A stretch of 64,000 bases of DNA from the human T2T-CHM13v2.0 reference genome, Homo sapiens, in assembly GCF_009914755.1 (NCBI RefSeq), contig NC_060943.1; one strand, 5' to 3'. A program made the translations under genes and the position numbers. Of the stretch, positions 1 through 21,753 are shown in pieces; position 1 is the stretch's first letter; each line of letters opens with the position of its first letter. The notes beneath the pieces were generated by a model. It was not told where the DNA came from. It saw only the letters and a program-made list of their open reading frames with translations, and made no database searches.

Positions 1-673
1 ATTGCATGCGATGGAGTGTCACAATTTAATTACTAGGGCGTTTCCCTCCTCTTTCTTAGTGGCACATACAATGAGGATTTATCTCCCAATCAAAGGTTTC
101 TTAGGGTTGAGACAGTAATAATAATAACACATACTAAAAAACCAAAATGCTGTGTACCAGTCCCTGCTCTAAGCCTTTAAGATGAATGAATTTATTTTAA
201 TCTTTACAACAGCGCTGTAAGGTAGGTACTGTTATTATTATCCCCGTTGTACAGATGAGGCAACTGAGTCACACAGAGGTTCAGCAATTTGCCCAAGGTT
301 GTCCCTGGAAAGCAGAGGAACCTGGATTTGAACCCTAGGAACTGAATCTCTAAACCTCTAGCCCTCGGGAGAGCCCTGGGGGACAGATAGTGCTCTGCCA
401 CCATACAGGTGGCCAAACTGAGGACTGATTGGCCAGAAGGAGTGGCTTGCACAAGATCAGCAGCCCATGGTAGAGGACTCTTCTCTCTGACTTTCCAGAG
501 GCATAGCCTGGTTCTCCTTTTCCACTGCCCAACTCCCCAGCAGAGCCAGGTGCCCCAGTAAATGTTGCTGGAAGAGCCCAGAATCAGAGGAAAAAGTACT
601 TTCTGTGTGCCAGACACTACTGTACAACAACCTTAATATATATATATAAATTTTTTTTTAAATTGAGACAGGG

Positions 674-1079
674 AGCCAGAAACTGTGGCTCACGCCTGTA
701 ATCCCAGCACTTTGGGAGGCGGAGGCGGGTGGATCACCTGAGGTCAGGAGTTCGAGATTAGCCTGGCTAACATGGCGAAAGCAAAATACAAAAATTAGCC
801 AGGCTTGGTGGCGCACGACTGTAGTCTCAGCTCCTCAGAAGGCTAAGGCAGGAGAACTGCTTGAACCCCTGAGGTGGAGGTTGCAGTGAGCCAAGATGGC
901 ACCACTACACTTCAGCCTGGGTGACAGTGCGAGACTCCATCTCGAAATAATAATAATAATAATAGAGACAGGGTCTTGCTGTGTTTCTCAAGTTGGTCTC
1001 GAACTCCCAGGCTCTAGCGATCCTCCTGCCTTGGCCCCCTAAAGTGCTGGGATTATAGGCGTGAGCTACTGCACCCGGT
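674..1079. mobile_element. Alu (+, about 674-962) followed by antisense Alu monomer (about 963-1079)
   Basis: Alu consensus motifs and A-rich tail. Confidence 0.9.
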
Positions 1080-1314
1080 CTCTACAACAATCTTATAAGG
1101 CAGGTACCTTCACTGTCTTCTGTTACAGATGAGGAAACTGAGACACTGAGAGGCAAATACTTTTACCCAAGGTCACTCAGGTAATAAGCAGAGTCAGAAG
1201 TAAAACTCAGGCAGTCTGGCTCTGGCGTCCCCTCTACGCTAAACTGCCTCCTATGCCACCAGTTCCTGCCTCAAGGCTTACTGTGGGTTATTTAAATGCG
1301 TCGTTAAGATGTAG

Positions 1315-2135
1315 ATCTTTGTGTCCAACACAGGTGTCAGCAGCCACATGTGTCTACCGAGTACTTGAAATGCAGCCAGTATCACCGAGGAACTGAGTTT
1401 TAAATTTTATTTAATTTTAATTCATTTAAATTTAAAAACTCTTACTTGATTCGGTTATTGGAAAGATTTTAAATATGTCTGGAACAAGTTGCATCTACGA
1501 TGCCCCTTTTATAATTGTAAATCTTATAAAATCTAAACACAGATTAGGTATTTCCAGTGAAAAGGTAGCATCTAAGTGAGAAGTGCTATGAACACACTGG
1601 ATTTTGAAGGCCAAGTCTGGGGAAAAGAAAGTAAAATAGCTCATTAACATTTATGTATTGATTACATATTGAAATGATCATATCTTATATGTAGCAGGGG
1701 TCGGCATGCTAAGACCTGCTGCAGCCTGCAGGCTAAGAATTTGTGTGTGTGTTTTTAGATGGTTTTTGAAAGCCAAAAGAAGAATAATAGTTTGTGGAGC
1801 ATGAAAAATATGAAATTCAAATTTCAGTGTCCTTAAAGGAAGTTTTATTTGCATACAACCACATTCATTTGTTTATACATCATCTGTGGCTGATTCTACA
1901 TTTACCACATCGAAGTTGAGTACTTTCAAAAGAGACCAGATGGCCCCCAAAAGCCTCAAATATTTAATATTGGGCCCTTTATTTAAAAAAATGTGCTGGC
2001 CCCTGACACACTGGGTTAAATAAAAATATATTATTAAAATTAATTTCACCTGTTTGTTTTTACTTTTTCAAATGTGGCCACAAGAAAATTTTAAATTAGA
2101 TATTGTGGTTTTCGTTACATTTCTAGAGGACAAAA
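1315..2135. mobile_element. hAT-Charlie (MER3/MER33-like) remnant interrupted by a MER58-like element (about 1695-2004)
   Basis: AGCCACATGTG...ACTTGAAATG and GGGTTAAATAAAATATATTATTAAAATTAATTTCACC motifs. The insert has CAGGGGTCGGCA...GGCCCCTG ends. Confidence 0.65.
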
Positions 2136-2600
2136 CTGAGGTACAGCTTTTAAACTCTCAACATTAAACATTATTCTTTCTTCTCGAATCCCCCTTCTCT
2201 CTTCCTTTGCTTCAAACCTGGCCTTGCCTGAGTTCCTAGGGATGGCTCAATTCATGCTGGGGATCCAGAGAGTTGATTCCAGAAACACAGATGAACACAC
2301 GTGTAGACACACTCCCCCACACGTGAACTCACACATGATGAGTGACACACAGAATGAAATTACTCGTGTTCTACAGGATGACCCGAGACACCCACTCAGG
2401 CCAAACACAGCGATCCCGTGACCCCCACCGACGGCCACACAGGTGAACCTGCAGACACACACCCCTCAGCAGGAAAAAGCAACACCAGCAAAGGATGTCC
2501 ACGTGGCCACAAACACACAGAGCCCCAACTGAGAGTCTGGGGCAATGGGATGCACAGGGAAGATTTCAAGAGAAATAGTAGGTGACTGTCAAGCTGATAC

Positions 2601-2676
2601 TGAACCAGATGAAATTGCTATTCTTCCAAGTTTAGAGTGGCTCAGTATCGGCGATTTCATTTGGTTCAACTTAATA
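2601..2676. mobile_element. MADE2-like mariner MITE (hairpin)
   Basis: TGAACCAGATGAAATTGCT ... GGCGATTTCATTTGGTTCAACTTAATA inverted repeat resembling the recalled MADE2 consensus. Confidence 0.7.
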
Positions 2677-3059
2677 GCTATTGAACGCATGAAACAGAAA
2701 TCCATTCCCATGTGCCACAGGCAAATCCAACTCTCTTTCTCACTCAGTCTCTTTCATTCGCTCACTGTCGCACTCCCTCTTTCTCTCTGCCTCCCAGGGA
2801 ACATAGACATACACAAGTTTGTAGCAAGATACGCAGATACAGAAATACGGACATGGCACGTCTCACCTACATGTACTTGGGATGGCCGCTCACACAGGGC
2901 AATGTATACACAGACCTGCACACTCAGCCTCACATGCTCACTGTCCCCTACACACATATGGTCACTGTCAGGCACATGGATACACACATGAAATCATGCA
3001 CACACAGTTCCCCAACACACGTGGTCACACATATGGCAGTAGTTTTCCCCACATGGCTG

Positions 3060-3062
<3 letters not shown>

Positions 3063-3106
<44 letters not shown>
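3063..3106. repeat. (AC)22 microsatellite = (GT)22 at the very start of HAS1 intron 1
   Basis: Perfect dinucleotide run read directly from the sequence. Confidence 0.95.
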
Positions 3107-3108
<2 letters not shown>

Positions 3109-3115
3109 GTCTCAT
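3107..3115 (-). CDS. HAS1: HAS1 (hyaluronan synthase 1) first coding exon part, encoding Met-Arg-Gln; remainder of gene lies left of the window
   Basis: Minus strand reads ...CTGCG ATG AGA CAG|GTGTGT. This matches the recalled HAS1 N-terminus (MRQ...), and the known gene order is HAS1-FPR1-FPR2. Confidence 0.85.
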
Positions 3116-3185
3116 CGCAGTGGGTCTGGCCGGGCTCTCTCTTCTCTCCGGCTTGCTCTCCCAGCCTCTCTGTGGCCAGAGAGCT
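3107..3185 (-). other. HAS1: HAS1 exon 1 (5' UTR plus first 3 codons); 5' end approximate
   Basis: Donor GT at 3106-3105. A GC-rich promoter lies directly upstream. The TSS position is inferred. Confidence 0.7.
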
Positions 3186-3189
3186 GGAG

Positions 3190-3320
3190 GGGGGTCATTT
3201 GAAGACCAGCGCAGGCGGGGGCGGGAGCGAGCGCTGACGTCAGTCAGGCTAAGCTGGGCCAGGGGCTCTGAGGTCACGGCCCAGCCGGGCAGCTCCACCC
3301 GCTTCCCGCTATTACTCCCA
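3190..3320 (-). promoter_or_regulatory. HAS1: HAS1 proximal promoter: tandem GC boxes (GGCGGG x2, 3214-3225), perfect CRE TGACGTCA (3235-3242)
   Basis: Motifs read directly in a CpG-rich patch immediately upstream of exon 1. Confidence 0.75.
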
Positions 3321-3369
3321 CCCCCCTCAGCCAGACGGGCCTCCCTTCCCAGGCCCCCATGTCTACCCG

Positions 3370-3790
3370 CGCCCCTCCTCTAGTCCTCTCTGCCATCACT
3401 CCCCCTCCTCTCCCTCCCTCCTCTATGTCTTCTTCTCTCTTCCTCCCCCCTCTCGTCCCTTGTCTCCCCTGATTTTTCTCTTCCACCTCACTTGCATTTT
3501 GGGGGTTCCCCTCATCCCCCCATCCCCTATCCCTGTATTTCCCTCCATCCCTTTCTTTCTCCCTAACCCACTATTTCTCCTCATCTCTTTGTTGGTACCC
3601 TCATCTCTCTCCCCATTACCACATTTCTCCAAGTTTCTGTCTTTCTCTCCATCCCTTTCTTCCTCTCCACTTCTCTTGCCTCCTCTCACCCTCATTTCTT
3701 TCTCTTCTTGCTTTAAAGCTCTCCCCACCTCCCCCTTCTCACCTTCCCCAGTCACCCCCGCCCTGCTTCTCCCCACAGCCGCCTCTCCTG
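3370..3790. repeat. Polypyrimidine/polypurine (CT-rich) low-complexity tract
   Basis: About 400 bp strongly dominated by C/T on the plus strand. Confidence 0.85.
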
Positions 3791-4768
3791 TCCCCAGAAT
3801 CCATCTCTGGGTTGGGCCCCCCAGGGACATGTCTCAGCAACTGGCAGATGGAACGAAACTCACACACGTGCGTGCTGTGGGTGTGCCTGTGTGTACGCTG
3901 GCCCGAGGCACGGCTGCCTGGAACCGGAGCTGTGAGTGAACATCTGTCCATTCAGCGCCTAACTGACGTGGGTCTGCGTGTGTGCACCAGGGTCTGGGGT
4001 GGAGAGCTGGGGCGCTGGGATTTGTATCCCCAGGGACTCAGGGATGAACACAGAGAGTTGTCGGTCAGCTGACCCTGGGGAGCCAGCCGGGGTCTGTCAG
4101 TGCTGTCACCCATCAGGGAAACTGAGTCAGAGGAAGGGTGAAAAGAGATGCGGGACCTGGGGTGCCCGAACCCCAGCCCCTCAGGACCAGATCTGTGATA
4201 AATGTCTGTTTACATGCCCTTCTTTCCATGAATTTTTTAAAAAAACTATCTGTATCTAATTCTGTTCTTCTCTCTGCTCCTCTTACTGTGAACTATTGAT
4301 GTCTCACTTTCGGCCTTGGTAGCTGCCTCGGTAGCTGCCTCGTTCTTTTCTCCCTGCCTGTGACTCCAACGACCTTTGGTGTCTGGCACGGGCCAGCTCC
4401 AGGACAGGCTGAAAGACATGGAGCAGCAGAGAGAAATTCCCCCGTGCTTCTCTCTCCTCGTCTGTCCCTCCCCAAATCTCTGTCATTTTGTATCTGTCAC
4501 CCCATCTCTGTTTCTCGGTCCCTCTATTTGGGTCTCTGCCTCTGTGTATTCCTGTCTGTTTCTCCTCCTCATCCCCCCTCACAGCCATTCTCTCTCTGCT
4601 TTTACCTGGGAGTGTCTGTCCCTTTGCATTTCTGAAGTCTCCCTGACTTTCTTCTTGTGTGGCTCTCTTTCTTTCTGAGTGCCTCTCCCTGACTTTCTCA
4701 CTGTGTGTCCATGTGTGTGTGTCTCTTTCTCTCTGTCTCTTTTTCCCTCTATCTCCCTCCCTCTCTAG

Positions 4769-5111
<343 letters not shown>

Positions 5112-5682
5112 TATCTCTTTGTAAGGCTCTATCTCTGTATGTGTTTCTCTGTCTCTGTCTCTCTCATTCAGTTTCTCTCCATTTCTCTGTTTCTACATCT
5201 TCGTCTCTCCCTGCAGTTCCATCTCTTCCAGCCTGTCCCGGAGCTCTCCCCTGCCAGACACCAAGTCCTCACACCAAGTCCTCACACCCTGGGGTTTTCC
5301 CCGAGGAGGCTGCGCCAGGCCAAGCCTCTGCCTGGGCCTGTCAGGGAGAAGGTGCATTCCCAAGGAGCTCGAACGCCCTTCCCACCCACCAGGGCGGGCC
5401 GGGCTGTGTCTGACGCTGTTGCCGGGAGCCGGGCTGCCTGGTGTCTGGCTGTGTCAGGATGATGGGTCCTCAGATGATCTGAGGCCAGCCCAGAGCAGAA
5501 GGGGAGGGTGAGTCCTCCGCCCAGTGGGAGGGGGCAGCGCAGGCTCCTCCCCAGAAGTGGGGCATTTGGCTGCCCAGCCCCCACCCCGCCCTGCTCGGGT
5601 GGAGCAGCTGTATAAAACCAGATGTTTCTAAAACCAGAGTGCGGTTGAGGAAGGATAACCAGGGCTTTAATCCTCAACAGTT

Positions 5683-6310
5683 CCCTCCTCTAAGACCCAG
5701 GAGTCCAGGTTCCCAGCACCCTCCTCCTTCAGACCCGAGAGTCCAGACCCCAGCCCTTCCTCTCTCAGGCCCAGGAGTCCAGGTTCCCATGTCCCTCCTC
5801 CCTCAGACCCAGGATCCCAGACACCCAGCCCCTCCTCCTTCAGACCCAGGAGTACAGGTTCAGAGTTCCTCATCCCTCAGACCCAGGGTCCAGACCCCCA
5901 GTCCCTCCTCCCTGAGACCCAGGAGTCCAGGCCCCCAGCCCCACCTCCCTCAGACCCAGAAGTCCAGGTCCCCAGCACCCCTCCCTCAGACCCAGGAGTC
6001 CAGGCTGCCAGCCCCGCCTCCCTCAGACCCAGGAGTCCAGGCCCCATCCCCTCCTCCCTCAGACCCAGGAGTCCAGGCCCCATCCCCTCCTCCCTCAGAC
6101 CCAGGAGTCCAGGCCCCATCCCCTCCTCCCTCAGACCCAGGAGTCCAGACTCCATCTCCTCCTCCCTCAGACCCAGGAGTCCAGGCCCCCATCCCCTCCT
6201 CCCTCAGACCCTGGAGCCCAGGCCCAGGCCCCCATCCCCTCCTCCCTCAGACCCAGGAGTCTCAACTCCCAGCTTCCTTCTCCCTTAGACCTACATGTCC
6301 AGCCCCCAGA
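5683..6310 (+). repeat. MSR1-type minisatellite, about 37-bp unit (CCCAGCCCCTCCTCCCTCAGACCCAGGAGTCCAGGCC), roughly 17 units
   Basis: Tandem unit read directly. It matches the chr19q13-enriched MSR1 minisatellite consensus. Confidence 0.9.
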
Positions 6311-7059
6311 ATTTCTTGCAGGAAGAGATGACCAAGGCTGGAAGCAGCCCAGACAAGTGCTGAAAGACAGGGAGCAGTGAAGCTGAACACTCCCACAGCA
6401 GGCCGGGGCTGTTGTTGGAGGGACAGGTAGGGACACCGCACCCCTCGCTAACACCCATGGCTCCTAGAAACCCCCATTCCTCTGGTGGCTGCTCTCCAGT
6501 TCCTGCCCTGGGTCCACAGTGGCCTTCCCAGCATTTCAGCCATCATCAGGAAACCTCAGGGTACAGCTTACAGAATACCTGGACAGAAGGAGCACAGGGT
6601 GGGAGAGGTAAGGCAAAAATGGAGCAAAGGCAGAGGAGAGAACATTCATTCATTGTGGGGACATCTCCTGAGCCCTGGTGGACAGGGCTGGGCTGGGCGA
6701 TGCCGGGCACACAGAGATGACTCAGCCCTGGGCCCTGCCCTTGGGGAGATGCCAATCTGGTGGAGAAGACAGCTGTGTAAACAGAGGGCCACAAAACAGT
6801 ACAAGGATGCACCAACCCAGCCCAAGAGTCAGGGAGGGCTTCCTGGAGGAGGTGATGCTGGCTGATGAGGCGTTAGCCGTGGTCAGGGTGGTGGTGGACG
6901 GTGGGGCAAGAAAGGGGCATCCAAGGCAAGAAATGGTGTGGCCAGTCAAAAAAGTAAGGGCGGATTGATGCTGTGAAGCACAAAGGGTGAAACAAGGGGC
7001 TGGGGGATTGTAGGGTCCCTAGTGAGGTCCGCTCATTTAGGTTTAAAAAAATTTTTTTT

Positions 7060-7330
7060 GGCCAGGCACAGTGGCTTATGCCTGTAATCCCAGCACTTTG
7101 GGAGGCCAAGGCGGGCAGATCACTTGAGGTCAGGAGTTTGAGACCAGCCTGTCCAAAATGGTGAAACCCCGTCTATACTAAAAATACAAAAGTTAGCCGG
7201 GTGTGGTGGCGTGCACCTGTAATCCCAGCTACTCAGGAGACTGAGGTGGGAGAGTCACTTGAATGGGAGGCGGAGGTTGCAGTGAACGAAGATTGCGCCA
7301 CTGCACTCCAGCCTCCCGTCTCAAAAAAAA
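7060..7330 (+). mobile_element. AluS
   Basis: Alu consensus plus A tail. Confidence 0.9.
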
Positions 7331-8371
7331 ATTTTTTTTAAACTAAGTAACAATTATACATATTTATGGTATACAACATGACATTTGCTATATACATATA
7401 TATATATTCGTTGTGAAATGGCTAAATCAAGCTATTTAACACATGCAACGTGTCGGGTTTTGAATGCAGGAATCAGAGGCTAGGACTTTGCTCTGGTGGC
7501 AATGGGGAGCCATGGAAGGGCTGTGAGCAAGGGAGGGGCAGGATCAGCTCTTTGTCTGAGTAAGGGACAAACTGGAGGGAGAGACAGGGGGCTCTGGGCC
7601 AGGATGAGTTGCTGGGGGGTGGGGTTGCATCAGAGATCCCTGGGGCTTTTCCAGGCTAGAGAGGAAGTGTGAGTGAGGTTGGGCAGAGGTGCAGGACCCC
7701 GAGGAGCCAGGACCAAGAAGACTGGGGGATGGACACAGACATGGCGGGCTAACTTGCCAAGCCCCTAACCTCAGCTAGTTCTGGCTACAGTTGCTCCTCG
7801 CTTTGCTCCATCTCAGGCAGGTACCTACTGGGGAACCAGTGAGGGCAAGGGGCCCCTGGGCAGTAACCTGAAGAGATCCTTGTTTTATTAAATGCTTGAA
7901 TCCCGGTAGATGGTTTCTTTGCCAGGTGTCCTGGATTGGGAAGGGAAATGCACACTGCGGGGATCTAGATACCGAGAGACAGAGGAGAAAAGGAGGGAGG
8001 GAGAGGAATGAAAGACAGAAGCTGGCTTCCACGACCATCTATTCAACAGCGAAAAACTGCCCTACCCCTGGATTCCTGACCCCCTTTACTCTCTTCTGCT
8101 TTTTCTTTTTCCCCATAGCATTGGTCCCCTTCCTATATAACGTATAACCTGCATAAGGTACGTTTAGTATCTTTTTTGTGTAATGTGTGTCTTCCTGGTT
8201 CGAATGCAAGCTCTAGACAGGCAGCTGTCTTTATCTGGTTTGTTCATGGCTCATTCCTCAGAGCCTGGACCTGTGTCTAGGTAGGTGCTCAACAAATATG
8301 TGTTGAACAATGTGTGAGGTCAGGATAGAAAGTCAGATTGGTAGATGGAGAGGGGAAAGAAAAAGGAGAGC

Positions 8372-8841
<470 letters not shown>

Positions 8842-9571
8842 CTAGCAGCTGGGACCCCCAACCGACTCCTGCGTAATAGTTCTATGGACACCACTCAGAG
8901 TGGCCAGTCCTGGGAGGATGGGTTGAGGAGCTCCGGGGAGGTGGGACCTTAGAGGAAAAAGACTCCAGGATCAGCAAAGACCCCAAGTCTGTAAAGAGAC
9001 TGCCTCTGGACTTCCAGGAACTCAGAACCTTGGATGGGCTGGAGTTAGACGGGACCTTTTCTCCCCCACATGCCTATTCTGGGAAACCCCTAGGCTTCCA
9101 TGATTCTGCCGAAATCCAGGGAGGGAGGGAGGGAGCCTAGCCAGCAATGATGACTGTACATCCACCTTCTGCCTCCAGCTAGTGCCTCTGGGAGAAACTG
9201 TAGGACTTCCAGAGCTGGGAGGAGGGAGAGAAAGGCCTGGAGGGGGAGAGCCCTGCCTGTAACAAGTTGAAGGCACTTTCTACCCCAGCATGCACCATCT
9301 CTCCTGCCACTTTCCCTGGAGAGAAACAGAGACAGTAAGAGCCAGACAGAGGGAGAGGGAGGGAGGGGCTTCCTTTTGCAAAAGCTGTTTATCCTCTCCA
9401 GGGAAGCAAGAGAGGAGGAGACCCATTTTCCAGATAGGGAAACTGAGGCACAAGAAGAGTCATTTCCTGGGACAAGTGATACAGCACACAGGCAGCATGG
9501 CTGGGTAACAGAAATCAGGTGGTAGGCATTAGGTCACTAGGCTATGCCCTGCCAGTCACAGAGGAAGGAGG

Positions 9572-9900
9572 AGCTGGGGGCTTAGACTAAGATCTGAGAG
9601 CCTGGATTCCTGAGTCTGAGGGAGGAGCGGCTGGGATCTGAATTCCCTGGTCTGAGGAAGGAGGGGCTGGACCTGGACTCCCGGGACTAAGGGAGGAGGG
9701 GCTGGACCTGAACTCCTGGATCTGAGGGAGGAGGGCCTGGGACCTGGACTTCTGGGTCTGAGGGAGGAGGGGCTGGGGGCCTAGACTCTGGGGTCTGAGG
9801 GAGAAGGGGCTGGACCTGGACTCCTGGGTCTGAGGGAGGAGGGGGTGGGGGGGCTGGCATCCAGTGGGCTCAAGATGAGGCCTGGACCCCTAGATTCTCA
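9572..9900 (-). repeat. Second MSR1-type minisatellite array, opposite orientation, roughly 9 more-degenerate units
   Basis: CTGGACTCCTGGGTCTGAGGGAGGAGGGG units are the reverse complement of the 5683-6310 unit. Confidence 0.85.
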
Positions 9901-9919
9901 GCTCTACTGCGTTCCGAGC

Positions 9920-10994
9920 TATCAGGGAATCTGCCCCGATATTCATGTAGGTTCTTTTCTATTTTCCTTAAGCGTTGGCCAGCTTGAGAAATAAAGGGAC
10001 AGAGTACAAAAGAGGGAAATTTTAAAGCTGGGTGTCCGGGGGAGACATCACATGTCGGTAGGTTCCGTGATGCCCCACAAGCCACAAAAACCAGCAAGTT
10101 TTTATTAGGGATTTTCAAAAGGGGAGGGAGCGTGCGAATAGGTGTGGGTCACAGAGGTCACGTACTTTACAAGGTAATAGAATATCACAAGGCAAGTGGA
10201 GGCAGGGCGAGATCACAGGACCGCAGGACCGAGGCAAAATTAAAATTGCTAATGAAGTTTCAGGCACCATTGTCATTGATAACATCTTATCAGGAGACAG
10301 GGTTTTGAGATCAACTGGTCTGATCAAAATTTATTAGGAGGGAATTTGCTCTTCCAAATAAGCCTGGGAGCGAGCGCTATGGGAGACTGGAGTCTATTTC
10401 ACCCCTGCAGTCTCGACCATAAGAGACAGGAGCACCTGGGGGGGATATTTATAAGCCTATACCTCCAGGCGCGTATTCTCTTTCCCAGGGATGTTCCATG
10501 CTGAGAAAAAGAATTCAGCGATATTTCTCCCGTTTGCTTTTGAAAGAAGAGAAATATGGCTCTGTTCTGCCTGGCTCACCAGCGGTCAGAGTTTAAGATT
10601 CTCTCTCTTATTCCCTGAACAACTGCTGTTATCCCATTCTTTTTTCAAGGTGCCCACATTTCATATTGCTCAAACACACATGATCTACAATTTGTGCAGT
10701 TAATGCAATTATTACAGGGTCCTGAGGCGATATACATCCTCCTCAGTTGACAGGATTAAGAGATTAAAGTAAAGACAGGCATAGGAAATCACAAGGGTAT
10801 TGATTGGGGAAGTGATAAGTGTCCATGAAATCTTTACAATTTATGTTTAGAGATTGCAGTAAAGGCAGGCATAAGAAATTACAAAAGTATTAATTTGGGG
10901 AACTAATAAATGTCTATGAAATCTTCGCAATCTACGTTCTTCTGCCATGGCTTCAGCCGGTCCCTCCATTTGGGGTCCCTGGCTTCCCGCAACA
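9920..10994 (-). mobile_element. MER11 solo LTR (HERV-K11/HML-8), 1075 bp, with 6-bp target site duplication CCGAGC
   Basis: Minus strand begins TGTTGCGGGAAGCCAGGGACCCCAAATGGAGGGACCGGCTGAAGCCATGG (MER11 start). CCGAGC occurs at both 9914-9919 and 10995-11000. Confidence 0.88.
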
Positions 10995-11169
10995 CCGAGC
11001 CCTGACAGAAAACTTCCCAAGCCCAGGTTCCTCTTGCACATGTGGTTTAGCTCTGTGGGTTACCCCCTCCTCTCTGTAAGTTCCCATTGTCCACCTTGCC
11101 TCCTGCATCGGCCTCCACCACAGTCAGGGCAGAGGAGTCTCTGTAGGACAAACACAGCAATCAGATTCA

Positions 11170-14755
<3,586 letters not shown>

Positions 14756-15477
14756 CCGTTAGTTGCCTGTTCTTGGCGTGGAGCCATTTCATTCCTCTGA
14801 GCCTCTCTTTTTTCATCTGTAAAATGGGACTGTCTCAATTTGTCCTTCATAGGATAGCCCTGAAGATTAAGAGAGAGAGTCTGTCTGGCACATTAGAATA
14901 TGAGGTGAGTTTAGCCATTCCTGAAACAGCAGAGTTTGAAGGTCTCCAAGACTAACTCAGGTGGCAACAGGGGGATGCTTCCCTGGATACCCCACCCCTT
15001 CACCCTCCCTGGATACCCCACCTCTCCTCTGAGGAGTAAGCCAGGTTGGAGCTGGGAGGAGCCCACACTCTGTCATCAGACACCCCTGGGTTCCAAGGCA
15101 GGCAGCCTTGCGCAAGCCAACTCCTGGCTCTGAGCCTCCTTAGCCACCTGCAGACAAGGAGGACCCTTCCCCATGTTGATGCAGGTGAGTGGAACTCTGT
15201 TTGGTTCCTAGTCTTTCAAGCATGGGGTGAATAGACCCTCTTACCCGGGACATAGCAGAAAGCTCCAAACAGTTTGGTGAACAGCCAGACTGTGCAGCAC
15301 AGAGAGTGTGTCATCAAAGGGGCACGCCTGTGGGCTCCAGATAGAGGACACAGAGCTGCAGAAGTCCGGCGGCCCCTTTCTGTGACCTGGGCTGCAGGCA
15401 CCCACAGTCCAGAGGCTCAAAACCACAATGCCGTCATTCCCAGTGAATGCTGTAAGATGAAGAGGAAATAACGCTGC

Positions 15478-18912
<3,435 letters not shown>

Positions 18913-19289
18913 TGCCAGCCCAGTGCGGGGTACATGTGGAGCGTAAGATGAACAAGCTCCTCTCTGTGCCCTGGGGAGGCTCACAGGGACCATGCATGCT
19001 CTTCTAAGGTGCACGTGATCAGAGCAGATCACTGAGGGAGCGTTTCCGCTCCCCTAACCCCAGGTGCAGGGACTTCAGAGTAATTCCTACTAAATGACCC
19101 CTACCACTGTTGCTTGACAAAGGGAGGTGCGAGGGGGAAAAAAGACTATGAGAATGGGAGAGGGCGGGTAATACAGGAAGTGTCACGTCACTCTGGTTGC
19201 AGAGGACAGAGAAAACAACCCTGTCTCCAGCAGGTGGAAATGGTCATAATGTTGATGGTGGCCATGATATGTATGTTTTTATCTTATTA

Positions 19290-21753
<2,464 letters not shown>

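Noticed and set aside
2593-2676. Novel miRNA or riboswitch-like hairpin
   Set aside because: The main stem is explained by MADE2-like terminal inverted repeats, and G:U pairing favours the strand opposite to HAS1 transcription.
2545-4259. Several 100-220 aa ORFs around HAS1 exon 1
   Set aside because: They arise from CA-rich and CT-rich low-complexity sequence and have no recognisable domains. Only MRQ at 3115-3107 is supported.
5639-6331. 230-aa proline-rich repeat ORF; superficially CRISPR-like periodicity
   Set aside because: It is a translation of the MSR1 minisatellite. Units are contiguous with no unique spacers, and the context is human with no cas genes.
15040-15190. Consensus plus-strand donor CAG|GTGAGT near 15185 suggesting a lncRNA exon
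   Set aside because: Single motif with no supporting promoter, acceptor or ORF evidence; such sites are common by chance.
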